Shown here: in pieces, positions 25,601 through 37,392 of the stretch | Layout: the number at the start of each line of letters is the position of its first letter | How positions within the stretch are numbered: position 1 is the stretch's first letter | Assembly (NCBI GenBank): GCA_030704615.1 | Contig: CM060731.1 | Span: 32,240,001-32,304,000 of the forward strand | DNA: 64,000 nt | Direction of reading: 5' to 3' | Source: Takakia lepidozioides | Taxonomy: Eukaryota; Plantae; Bryophyta | Translations under genes and position numbers: made by a program | Notes under the pieces: model-generated | Told to the model about the DNA's origin: nothing | Databases searched by the model: none | What the model saw: the letters and a program-made list of their open reading frames with translations, nothing else

Positions 25601-28600
25601 CCAATCCTCAAGGTTTACACAAGACGAACAAATTCTATACACGGGGTAATTGTCCGCAAGCCGTCAGATGGACAATCTGTCCCTAAGTGTGCAGAGCCTG
25701 AACGTCGTGTAACTGAAGGATTTGGTACTCTAAATGGTTTACCAATCCTCAAAGTCTACACAAGACGAGCAAAATCTATACACGGGGTAATTGTCCCCAA
25801 GCAGTCTGACGGACAATCTGCCCCTATGTGTGTGGAGCCTGTGCATCGTGTAACTGAAAGATTTGGTACCCTGAATGGTTTACCAATTCTCAAAGTTTAC
25901 ACAAGACGAGCAAAATCTACACATGGGGTAACTGTCCCCCCTTTGCAGAACGGTTGGCCGTCCAGGAGCAATCACAAGCTACCTAGACGACAAACAATTC
26001 ACATGCAAAGGGCTGGCTTGCAGCTGGCCACTTTCAACTTCTCAGGGTTGACCAACCAAAGGAAACAACTCGAAGTGGGACAAGTTCTTCGGACTAATGA
26101 TATTCATATCTGTGCTGGGCAAGAAACATGGGAAACGTCGGATAAACTGGTTGGAGATGTCAATGGTTATAAATGGGCAGGTAAGATGTGTACTCTCAAG
26201 GCAGCCTCTGCCAAACGCGGTCAAAAAGGGGTTGGATTCTTTGTCCGTGATTTCTTGTTTGACAATTGTGAAATTATCAACAAGGGTTTGAGGTACGAGC
26301 ATAGTATCTGGCTAAAACTGAATCTGAAGGGCGGCATGAGTACAAAGGACCTCTTTGTTGGTTGTGTTTACATGCCCACAGAGGGGACCCTTAGTGCTGA
26401 CGCAGACAAGGCCTTCGAAGATGTAAAGCTGGACTGTGCTTCGTTCCTTGCCAAAGGTCAGGTGGTACTATTGGGGGACTTCAATGCCCGGGTGGCAAAG
26501 GGATCCATCAGGACGATATCATTGGACCTTTTGGTGAGGACGAGCTGAATTCTAATGGCAGACGACTGTCTAGAAGAGCTTCAGCTTTTGACCTTGAATA
26601 ACAGGACAAGAGGAGACCAAGTGCAGTGGACTCGTGAGAAATCCCATACTGGGGAACGTTCCATTGTGGACTATATCATAATGGACAAAATTTTGTTCCC
26701 CCAGTGTGCCAATGTGTTGATCGACAGAACTGATATTGGTACCTCTGACCACTTCCTGGTTTGGACTGAGATCAAAAGGTGTTTTCCCACCACCAAGAGA
26801 TCTGTGAAACGTTCGATTCGGAAGTGGCGCATGGAAAATTTCCACAATGAGGAGGTCAAGGCTGAGTACGTCCAGGCCTTGCAAGAGGCTCTCCCTCATT
26901 TTGTCCAATCGCTCCAAGAACTTCAGTCACGCTCTGTTAACGCAAGAAATGAAGTCGAAAGAGCAGTGGACTCTTGGGAGAGTTTCATTTCCTCCGTGGC
27001 TGACAAGATCATTGGGAGGAAACTAATTGTCTGCGGTAGAGCAGTTAATTGGTGGACCAATGAGATTAAACTCAAGATAGCTGAGAGACGAGCCCTCTAT
27101 AAAGCGTGCTGCAATTTGGAAACCAACAGAGAATTGTGGGCGAGGTACTACCAGCTCCGTAAAGATATCAATCAGCTTGTTAGGTCTCAGAAGAAATTAT
27201 ACTGGGACAAGTTATACAGTGAAATAAACTCAAACCACCATGGTGGTAATGACAAGAAATTCTGGTTGGCCCTTCAACGTTTGTACAAGCCGAAAAACGG
27301 TCAGCAAGTACAAGCGCTGAAGACTACTAAAGGTGCAGTGGTGACTTCATCGGTTGACATTGTCAAAACCTTTGAAACTCACTACAGTATCCTTGGCAGA
27401 ACTTCTACGTCTAACAGTGAGGGGTCTTCTGCTGAATGGAGGGACACAGTTGGAAAAACTGTTCCTATGATTCAAAACAGCCCTGATGAACTGGAGTATA
27501 TTTCAATGGCTTATAATGCTCCCATTAGTTCTTCTGAGATCGTGGAAGCAATTGAACATTTAAATGGATATAAAGCTGGTGGACCTGATGGTATTGTCAA
27601 CGAGCTTATCAAGCACGGTGGCGATCCCATGATAGAGGCCCTAGTTCTCCTCTTTAACCTTATCTGGAAGACTGAAATGATCCCCTTTCGCTGGCGACAG
27701 GGGGTCATTGTCAATCTATACAAGAAGGGTGACAGAGAAGAACCGGGGAACTACCGTGGCATCACGCTCCTCAATGCTGTTGGCAAGACATTCTGCAGAG
27801 TTATAAGTACTCGTCTCGAGGTTGATCTGGATTCTAGAGGTTGTTTCCACGAAGGCCAAGCTGGCTTTCGGCGAAACAGGGGCTGTGTGGATCATATCTT
27901 CACTCTAAGCCAGATTATCCAGGGAAGGAAAAAAGAAGGGAAACCCACTTATGTTTTTTTCCTGGGTGTCAAAAAGGCTTATGACACAGTGTGTAGAGAT
28001 GGCCTATGGTTCCGCCTCTGGTCTTGTGGGATCAAGGGAAAGATGTGGAGAGTTGTCGACAACTTGTATGCTCACACCAAAAGCTGTGTCACTGTTAACG
28101 GACAGAAGTCCAACTTCTTTGACATAGACCAAGGTGTAGCTCAAGGATGTACTCTCTCCCCTCTGCTCTTCAATGTTTTCATCAATCAACTCCTCGAGGA
28201 TGTGGAAAGTGAGGGATTTGGGTTAAGGGTGGGTGATACCACCATACCAGCCCTTATGTTTGCGGATGACTTCGCAGGCATAGGGGAGACTCCAACCAAT
28301 CTCCAGGAGTTGATTGATTGCGCGAAGAGATACTTTGATCTTTGGGGGCTAGAGGCTAATGTCAGCAAATGTGCAGTGGTAGCATTCAACGACGGAGGAG
28401 AGGGAGGAAGTGATCTTAAGTGGCAGTGGGGTAGCCAAGAGATCCCGGTCCTCCCTTCCTACACTTACCTGGGCGTTGAGTTTTCCTCCAATTGTAATTG
28501 GGATGCACATATCCGGAAAGTTGTTCAAACTGGCAAGGGCAAAGCTCTGGGGCTCACTAAATTTTTCCACTGCAGAGGGGTCAACTCTGAGGTTAAGAAA

Positions 28601-30609
28601 ACCATGCTTTGTCGCGTTATTAGACCTGCCTTGGAGTACGGATCTGCTATATGGGTTGATAACTCCAACCAGGCTAAGTCTCTAGAATCCATTCAAGTGG
28701 GGGTGCTTAAGGGGTGTATGTCAGCATGCTCCAAAACAGCCAATGTGGCTGTTCACGGTGAGTTTGGCATTCCGTCCTTAAGCTCCCGATGAGATGAATT
28801 CAAGGTCAGATGGTGGGGTCAGCTGCAACATATGCCCAACACCAGATATCCTAAGTTAATCGACTCTATATCTTGGAAACAGGACCGCCCTGTCAAACAG
28901 GCTAAGTCCTGGCAGAAGAGAGTAGAAGAGATTCTCAAGGACCTGGACCTGGATCCGCAAGTCTTGACCCTGCTGGATAAATCTGACTTAGAGGCTGTAG
29001 TGTCCAAAGCCATGTCTGTTGCCATGAAATTGTCTGATGAAATGAAGTTAGGCAGAAAACTTCCCTGAACTTGTTTCCAGTCTGTGACATGTGGGAGGAC
29101 ATAATGGATGACCTCGAGGGTCTACCCACTCTCGGCACTAGACTGAAATTTAAACTCAGGGCAGGAAGCCTACCTTTGAACAGCAAGACAGTATTCACTT
29201 TTTGATACACTGTCCGGGGTTCTCTCACCAAAGAGACGCTCTCTTCAATTCTATCAAGGGAATTGTGCCTGTACCCCTGTTTAACAACTTTGAAAGTCTC
29301 GAGGCTGAGCCAAAAGCCCAGGCCCTCCTGAGGCCTAGTTTTTGGGCAAATCACACACAACAGATTGATGCTTGTGTGAAGGGATTTCTAGAGGATATCT
29401 GGAAAACCCGGATTAATTCTATATCTGATGGTAAGTCACACTACCAACGTCAGCCCCTGACAGAGGTAGGTTCTGTCCCTTTTGTTCCCGCTCAAACTGG
29501 GCGCGGGGTCAATGGCCACAAGGCTACGGCAAACAACGTCTTATGAGTACAATCTCTCTCTCCCTCCCCCTCCTGTTTTACCCTTCTCATGCCCTTCTTG
29601 CACTACTAGGGTGTGTGAGTAGAAAGTACATTACATTCATGTGTGTCACCTCTATGTACACAGCCAAACGAAACAGTTTTGAAGTGTTTAAAGATGTTGA
29701 ACCATAGTATTAAAATTCAGAAAAGGTAACATATGGGGAGGAAAGAAGCCAAACATCAATATTGTCATCTTGCACTTCATATCTTTTGAAGGTGTCCAGA
29801 GCCCCTGCTAAGAGCTTCTTGGTGATTATCTCATTAAACCGTCCTGCAACCTACATGCACACGTGCCATCAAATTCTACCAATTGACTGAAACACCTTAA
29901 TACCTTGGTCTCCACTTAATACCATCACTAGGAGCAAGGACCTTTATACATTTCAGAAAATCAAGATTGCAAGTGACAACATTGAGTTTTTGAGTGAAAC
30001 GTGATCAATAACATCAATACTGTAGAAACGCAGGTCGCACCTCAAAACAATAAGGATCGGAGATGGTACCACAGCAAATCGTAGCTCCTTCCCCTTCATC
30101 ACAGATCCGGTCACCTCTCTTACTGCTGCTGACACTCGCAGTCTTCCAGTCCCTCTCTCGACAAAATGCAAACGCACTGGGTATAGCCCCTGTAATCGGG
30201 CCCCTGCAGAGGCACCAACATTGACACATTTTTGTGTGCACACAAAATGTAGAACAGTTTCACAGCCATCTAGAACTGAGAATCAGAAATAATCGTCTAA
30301 ATTTTGGACCAAAATTGAAAGAGCTTGGGTGATAGGGAGTCGTTTGTCTCTCTAGTAAAGCTGAAGTACTCATAAGACGTTTTTTTCCGTAGCCTTGTGG
30401 CCACAGAACCCCCGTCCAGTTTGGGCGCAACAAGAGCGAATCGTATAACAATGAAGAAAGGAGACAGACATGGTCGTACCTGCATTGTAATGAAAGGGTA
30501 ATTCCCTATACGAGACACGACAGCTTAAAGAGTGAGGAGCATCAGACATGGAGCAACCCTTTGAAAGCGATGACGCGTGCATTGCTACCCTGGCCTGCAT
30601 CGCTGCCAT
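22676..30609 (-). CDS. ribH: 6,7-dimethyl-8-ribityllumazine synthase, plastid precursor; 8 exons
   Basis: Exons 30609-30480, 30203-30070, 29850-29755, 24703-24608, 24167-24089, 23559-23513, 23304-23245, 22735-22676; phases consistent. Motifs [64 protein letters not shown]. Confidence 0.95.
24944..29552 (+). mobile_element. Full-length, inactivated single-ORF LINE (APE endonuclease + RT), family A, antisense in ribH intron 3
   Basis: APE motifs [28 protein letters not shown]; RT motifs [22 protein letters not shown]. Frameshifts near 26500-26570 and 29040, stop at 28790, deletion of the CPLC knuckle. Imperfect CT-rich TSD at 24919-24943 and 29553-29576. Confidence 0.95.
25529..25940 (+). repeat. 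Three 141-bp (47-aa) in-frame tandem repeats at the LINE ORF N-terminus
   Basis: Units start at 25529, 25670 and 25811; core [16 protein letters not shown]. Confidence 0.95.
30363..30430 (-). mobile_element. ~65-bp LINE family A 3' tail in ribH intron 1
   Basis: gcccaaactggacggggttctgtggccacaaggctacggaaaaaaacgtcttatgagtac matches 29490-29550. Confidence 0.85.
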
Positions 30610-30809
30610 CGCACCAGAGCCCCAGCGACAGATCTCCAAAAAAGACAGAGCATACAGGCGCTGATAGTAAATACCAATGCTGCGTGACCCGGTAAGGATG
30701 AACTAATCAAAGGATGGCATATGATTAACGTAGTTAATACTACTTAGTACCGAAGTGAGGAAAACGAGTCGGGAGTTTGGTGGGCGGTGTGCGAGAGGAA
30801 GGGAGAGGG
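30610..30809. promoter_or_regulatory. Compact bidirectional promoter region
   Basis: Only 200 bp separate the divergent ATGs at 30609 (-) and 30810 (+). Confidence 0.6.
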
Positions 30810-31212
30810 ATGCCGTTTACGAGGAGGCCATTGCAGACAACCATCTCGTTTGTGCTGCTCAATGCCGCGCTCTGCCTAACCGTCTCGCCGGTCTACGACT
30901 TCGTTTGTGATCTGCCTTACTGGGAACGCCAGGTGCACCTTCTGTTTCTCTTGCTCCCTCTATGAAGTAACAAATATCTCAGCATCACCATCTGCAGCTG
31001 TTCCATTGTAGTGGTCGAATAGTTATCGCCCTACCTGGCAGAGGTGGAATAGTTGCAGCGTATTTGGGATTGTCTGAGGAATTGAATAGGATTCTTGCTG
31101 CTGTGTGTTGTGTGGAAATGAGCGCACGCAGAGGGAACGTCGAAGGCAAGAACGGGAGCGCCTGGGTGCAGCCATCCCTGAGAAGCTCCATACGCAAGAA
31201 AACAGCCCTTAA
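30810..31212 (+). CDS. 67-aa small protein (hydrophobic segment, VYDFVCDLPYWER, basic/acidic tail); 2 exons
   Basis: Exons 30810-30932 and 31132-31212, phase-0 GT-AG intron: MPFTRRPLQTTISFVLLNAALCLTVSPVYDFVCDLPYWERQRERRRQERERLGAAIPEKLHTQENSP. Resembles a conserved small plant protein (from recall). Confidence 0.75.
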
Positions 31213-31531
31213 GAGCTGTGCAGCTCCGAGTTAAAGAAAATGATTTGAAGGTTGTATTTGAGGACTGTATCTATGGCTGAACGATCCATCTAATTGCGGT
31301 CTCAATTAGATGTGGAGACCACTCTTTGATGATAGGAGGGAGAGAGAAAGGAACGGCCTTATGAGCAGTCTCGTAGCTTTATGGGGGCCTGAAAAAGGCA
31401 TCCAACTTGGCGCAGAAACGGGAGGGTGGGTACCATAAGCAGGGGGGGAAAGCATGCAGCCTTTTTTTGAATAGCACTCCCAATTGTCTGTGCTTTTCAG
31501 GTAAAGCTCTTGAGTTGGGAACACCATCGTG

Positions 31532-32779
31532 ATGAAGTTTAGGGTTGCCTGGAGAAACTTAAAGAATTATGTTCGCCATGACTTGAAGGAGATAGCATTT
31601 CCGTCATCCCTTCCTAATCCACCTGGCTACAAGACAGGGCCACAGTTGAGGAAGGCAACATTCAAGGACATTGTTGAGGTATGGCGTGCAACATTGCTTA
31701 CTTGAGAGGGCTAATTCTTCTACATGATGACTGATGTCAGTGCTTACTGTCAGCAAATAAATCTTGGGTATGCAGGATAAGGGTTCCTCATACCCACTAA
31801 GTGCAGAATGCAAGCCTTCCAAATTTCTCATTTGGAAGACACCTTGGTGGATTCCAAGGCCTTTGGAGTCTTGCAGACATGTTGGGCAAACAAAACATGA
31901 GGTGGGAATGGCAGACATTCTACTTTGACAGCAATTATAGGCTACACATATCAGTGATTTGAACAATGCTTCGTGGATCCATATGGACTGGACCCTGTAC
32001 TAAGAGTGGGTCTCTTCGACCCTTCTTAAACAACATTTTCTAGTGGATACAATCTATGCTGAAAGCTTGGAACCCATGATCAGGGCATATGTTCATGGCA
32101 GTTTTATGTCCATCAAGCTCACTAGGTGTGCATGGCAATTGCAAGTTCTAGTTCTTTCTGCCTTGAGGGGTTAGTCTACATAGAGAAGCTTTGACTAGCA
32201 GAAGCTTGTTATTCAGGTGATGTGGTACAATGCGCAGGTGCTGAGGATATCCAGCAAGCTCTATGTGCGAAGCTGGAGTAGGGAGGGGCTCTCTAAAGAT
32301 GACTGGAGAAAAGCTGGGATTGTTGACGAAGATGACACAAAGCCTGCCCCCAAAGAACCAACCGAGCCATCAGCCATTGAGGAACTTGGTAGGCTTTCAA
32401 GCCTCTGTGCCTTCCATCATCCTAGTATTGTCATGAAGTTCCAGGTTAGTTGTTGGTATGATCCACATGATCAACTTGAATGTATATGATGAAAACAAAT
32501 GGGTGTAAAGAGGGGGTGGGGGGGGGTTTGTTGCGGGCAGAGCTTTCAAGGCTTATGATCTGAAAGGTGTAGACGTATTGGTTTGCAGCTTTGGCAACAC
32601 GGGCGGGTGCGGAGCATGTACGACCTGCTCTCCAACGCCTCTACATGACCCGGGCAACGGCTTACCGTGATGCTCTCAAAAGCTTTGTCCAGGGATACCA
32701 AGAAGGGATTGCTGAAGTCATGGCTCCTACTGGGTCTTCAAAGAAGCCAGAGGAGTTGAAGAGAGCACAGGGGCAATAA
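31532..32779 (+). CDS. EMB2735: EMB2735-like conserved plant protein (~162 aa); 3 exons
   Basis: Exons 31532-31678, 32238-32388, 32589-32779; motifs YVRHDLKEIAFPSSLPNPP, SKLYVRSW, RPALQRLYMTRATAYRDALKSFVQGYQEGI. Symbol assigned from recalled similarity. Confidence 0.8.
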
Positions 32780-34047
32780 AAAACAACCGAAGAGAATATT
32801 GCCAATGCCTACAAGTCTACTCCTACTGTTGGAAACAAGACCAGTTATTAGTTGTGTGGCGGCGGATTACGGCTGACAGGAGACATAGAAATTTAGACTG
32901 GTGCAGTTGCCTTCCTTAGGCTTATGTCTGGCCACCTGAAGCATGTCCTGTCTCTTGAACGGTTTTCTTTGTTCAGTTAGTCCACATCTATACTGACGTC
33001 CGCTGTGGCTACATCCACTTGTGCAGTGATACCATGGATGTTGTAAAGGCCTATATCACAACAACCCATTGCTGGATGCTGAATGTCCAGCTCCTAAAAG
33101 TTGCTGTGCAGAAACCAGTGACTGAAATATTATCTTTCATAAGATGCATGCCATTTCTCTTCAAAATCTAGGGATCCTTGCGATTGCTAATGGGTTCATA
33201 TCACCTGTCAGGTAGTCTTCCCTTCAAAGGTTATCTTCCCTTCTATTTTAATGATTTTTGTGGCATTTATCATAGGCCATCGCAACACCAAAAACATATT
33301 CAAGATCATCAGCTTGAGTATTGGTACTGATGTTAGCTTGGGAAGCTGGAGGTTGATCATCCATCCTAAAGACAAAAATTCCCCCTTCTCAACCACATTC
33401 CCGGTCCGTATTCCCCCCTACAAAGCGGTGTAGGAATGGCAAACGAATGCCAGCTGAACATCTATTACAGGGACTTGAATCAGCCTAGAGCAACCAGCAG
33501 CCCCTGTCCCTCTGATCTATCCTTCAAGACTGGATACCCCTTGCAGGGCCCGCAGTCAAATCCCCACCCCCTAAGGCTAGCCCCTGTGCCTATATTATTC
33601 CCCTCAGGGACCTTGTGATATATGTATTATTCTAGTGTCGACCAAAGGTCGGATACTAGTTTTAGTGTAGGGCTGGAAGAGGATGCCATAGTGACACATC
33701 ATGGTCACCATGTCATCATCGCCACATCATTGTCGTCACTTTTTTGGCTACAAAAAAACAAAGAAAACTAAAAAGGATTTTGAAAATCTATTTTACAAAT
33801 CTGCTCTAATATCGCTTGTTTTCTAGTGATCCAGACCAATGACCATTGTCAACAATCATACAACAGTGATTGTAGGGAAAGAAAACTCAATCCATGACAA
33901 TTTTTGATTCATTCAAATGAAATGGCTGACATACAAGATAAAAAAAAACTTGGAATGTTTCAGCTAGCTACACTTCTCTGCAAGACTAGGCAATCTTGCA
34001 GCATTGAAGGGTCTGATATGGAATCCATCCTAGTCCTTCTACTGAAA

Positions 34048-35337
34048 TCATGGATAACCATGACCACTTGCCCATGCCATAGTTTCTAACTGAGGAGAAT
34101 GGTAGTATGGATAATTAGTAACGCAATAAACCTCATTACCATAACCAGTACTTGCACATGTCACAGCTTGTGGAGGAGGCACAACGGGAACGCCACCGCT
34201 GGGATATCTTGGAAAGCCACCAATGGGAAATCCTAGACTGCCGCCGCTGGGAAACAAACCTACGCCACTGGGATGTCCTAGAAAGCCACCATTGGGAAAT
34301 CCTGGACCGCCGCCGCCGGGGAACAAACCAGGATAACCTCCGAAATGTCCAAAACTTCCAAACGGAGGAGGATGGCCTAGGAATGGATGTTTAGCGTCGA
34401 AGTACTTCATATTACCATGCCCACTTGCCGATGCCATAGCTTCTAGAGGAGGCACACCGGGAAATCCTGGGAAGCCACCACTGGGATATCCTCCAAAGCC
34501 ACCAATGGGATGTCCTGGAAAGCCACCACTGGGATATCCTGGGAAGCCACCACTGGGAAATCCTAGACTGCCGCTGCCGGGAAACAAACCGGGATCACCT
34601 CCGAAATGTCCAATACTTCCTCCTCCGACACTGGGATGTCCTGGAAAGCCACCACTGGGATATCCTAGACTGCCGCTGCCGGGAAACAAACCGGGATCAC
34701 CTCCGAAATGTCCAATACTTCCTCCTCCGACACTGGGATGTCCTGGAAAGCCACCACTGGGATATCCTGGAAAGCCACCAATGGGATGTCCTGGAAAGCC
34801 AACACTCGGATATCCTGGAAAGCCACCACTGGGAAATCCTGGACTACCGCCGCTGGGAAACAAACCGGGATCACCTCCGAAATGTCCAATACTTCCTCCT
34901 CCGCCACTGGGATATCCTGGGAAACCGCCACTAGGATATCCTGGGAAGCCACCACTGGGATATCCTGGACCGAGGCCGCCAATATTGGGATAATCTCCGA
35001 CACGTCCAAATCTTCCATGACTTTTTTTACTACTATTGAGGTTATTGCCAATACCTCCATCAGGAATTCCTTCATCACTTGGATTTCTACTCTGAGAACC
35101 ATCACCATCAGGCCCTAGAGGACTTCCTAGGGCTCCAAGATCATGACCAACAGAAGGCCCAAAACTACTCAAAGGACTAGGATCACTAGCTTTGTTGTTG
35201 AGGTCCAAATCACCTAGCACTACACCCTCTGAATCATGCTTGTTCCCAACACCTTCGCTTGCAGCTTGCACACTCCCTACTAACAAAATCAGAAACAAGA
35301 GGGAAGGCACCATACGAATTCGTTGCACAGTCTTCAT
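34048..35337 (-). CDS. Secreted Gly/Pro/Phe-rich repeat protein, intronless
   Basis: ATG at 35337; signal-peptide-like LLFLILLVGSVQA; about ten GGFPG(Y/H)P(S/I) units and three GGGSIGHFGGDPGLFP units; TATATAAA about 115 bp upstream. Confidence 0.8.
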   Translation of the reverse strand: MKTVQRIRMVPSLLFLILLVGSVQAASEGVGNKHDSEGVVLGDLDLNNKASDPSPLSSFGPSVGHDLGALGSPLGPDGDGSQSRNPSDEGIPDGGIGNNLNSSKKSHGRFGRVGDYPNIGGLGPGYPSGGFPGYPSGGFPGYPSGGGGSIGHFGGDPGLFPSGGSPGFPSGGFPGYPSVGFPGHPIGGFPGYPSGGFPGHPSVGGGSIGHFGGDPGLFPGSGSLGYPSGGFPGHPSVGGGSIGHFGGDPGLFPGSGSLGFPSGGFPGYPSGGFPGHPIGGFGGYPSGGFPGFPGVPPLEAMASASGHGNMKYFDAKHPFLGHPPPFGSFGHFGGYPGLFPGGGGPGFPNGGFLGHPSGVGLFPSGGSLGFPIGGFPRYPSGGVPVVPPPQAVTCASTGYGNEVYCVTNYPYYHSPQLETMAWASGHGYP

Positions 35338-35619
35338 TGCAAGCAATCAATCCTTTAGCTAGACCTAAACCTCTTCCTCCCTTCCCAACTCTATAGCAAG
35401 ATCACGCATACGCACACACAAGTTGTTGGTAAGCCGCTCCAAAGACTTAGTTTATATAATGACTGAAGGCCAAGGCCTTAAGCAGCGTACTGATAAACAT
35501 AGCTGCTGTTGGGCACTATAGTAGTGTCCACAGATTTTTCTTTTCTTAAAAAAAGAAAAAGAAAAGTGTCTTCGGACTCAGTTTTCTTGTTTTTCTCTTT
35601 TCTTTTCTTTTCTTTTCTT

Positions 35620-36450
35620 TTCTCCAAATTTAGATATGATGTCCCATGGACCTCTCTACCCTTAGGCTGGAACATGCATTGAGAACACAAATGAAAGTGA
35701 CCTTGTTGGGCTTCACCCCCTCCTGTTGCACCTGATCTGGACAGCCTCCCTACCAAACCCATGTTGGACATATCCTGCTATCATCACACTCCATGAGACC
35801 ACATTTTGTTTAGCCATACTGTCAAATACTTGTTGCGCATCCCTCATGCTCCCGCATTTGGCGTACATGTCAACAAGGACAGTCTCCAAATTTATATATG
35901 GTGCAATTCCAGCTTTAATAATGTCACCATGGAAGACTTTCCCCATTTCCAAGGCTCCTAGGCTGGCAAAAGCATTGATAACACAAACGAAATGTGACCC
36001 TGTCGGGTTTCATACCTTGTTGTTGCATTTGTTCATAGATATTGAAAGCCTCCCTGCCACAACCGTGTTGAGCATATCCTGTTATCATGGCATTCCATGA
36101 TACCACATCTGGTTTGGCCATATTGTCAAATACGTGATGGGCATCCCTCATTCTTCCACATTTGGCATCCATGTCCACAAGGCTATTCTCCAAGTTTACA
36201 TAGGACACAATTCCAGCTTTGATTATGTCAGAATGGATGTGTTTACCCTTTTGCAGGGCTCCTAGGCTAGCACACACTCCGAGAACACAAATGAATGTGA
36301 CTCTGTCAGGCGTGACCCCCTCTCGTTGCATTTATGCTTGGCATATCCTGCCATCATTGTTGTCCATGTACACAGATCTCGTTGAGACATTTTGTCAAAT
36401 ACTCGGCGTGCAGCCACAACACTCCCACATTTGGCATACATTTTGACAAA
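35620..36450 (-). pseudogene. PLS-class PPR pseudogene, repeat portion
   Basis: MYAKCGS..VFD.M, PDRVTFICVL and VVSWNAMI motifs in shifting frames; paralogous to 51470-52830. Confidence 0.9.
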
Positions 36451-37392
36451 TCCTTTGCAGTGGTCAGACAAGGTAAGGCTTTTTTCATCCAGGACATGGA
36501 AGAGTTTGCCAAGGAGGGCTTTTAAATTTGGCATGCTGATGTTGTGTGGAATGTCTCTCCATTTGCTTAACATCCCTCTTTGTTTTCGAAATGCAACCAA
36601 CTGTTGGTATCAGTAGGTTGTTATTCTTTGGTGGTTGTACCCTGGTCTTTGCAAGGCTTTCATTGATGCTATATGGTTGTTCAACTGCCACATCGTGGTT
36701 TGCACAGAGAACTCCAGATTGCCGACATAACCACACAAAGGAGGTCCTTTGGATTGAGAATTGGTCGAACCCTCCTTGGGTGAAATCAGAGCTAGCTCCA
36801 CGTCAAGCACAACGAGGTGATGATTACACCATGGAGCTCCAGGCCAAGAATACAACAAGTTTTGTTTTGATGCTGATTATGCATTCTAACCTCAAATAAA
36901 CAGAATTGGCACAGGTCATATGCAATCTAGATGACTTTAGTAGTCTTAAACTTTGCTAATCTGTTGTAAGAAGCCTGCCCTCTTCCTTCTAAGTCCCTGG
37001 GAGCTTTCAGATACATCATTTGAGTTTGAGTCTACAGGTTTGAGTATATAGGCTTGTAACTAAGAATCACGAGTCATGCAGGAAGGCAGGGGTGAATCAA
37101 GCACAGTTGGTTGTTGGACAGAAATTTGGTGGAAGGGATAGCACCTTCACAATCATCACGTCTATTGAAAAAGAACGACAAGAGGGACATATCGAGGACT
37201 CCTCTTGTACTTGTGGGGTTGTGAGGGAACTATGTAAGACAGGACGACTGAAAGAGGCGCTGCACATTTTGAACAAGGGCAGACTGCAATACTTATCTGT
37301 CTCTCTTGCAGGAGTGCATCAGAATGAAAGGCCTTGCAGGTGCATGCCCACATTGTTCAAAGTGGATTGGAGCCAAGCATCTTTCTACTCAC
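36451..37392 (+). pseudogene. Inverted segment holding an OSB-type PDF-motif exon and the PPR N-terminus
   Basis: DPLQW-SDK|gt at 36451-36472; RTPD..HNHTKEVLWIENWSNPPWVKSEL at ~36706-36795; 37070-37390 is paralogous to 51050-51450 (ELCKTGRLKEALHILN). Confidence 0.75.

Noticed and set aside
33632-33660. Hairpin ending in CTAGT, Helitron-like 3' end
   Set aside because: The CTAG is part of the stem rather than downstream of it, and no 5' TC end or other copy is visible.
34505-34993. Plus-strand extensin-like GKPPLGYP ORF
   Set aside because: Antisense shadow of the Gly-rich gene; no signal peptide or promoter.
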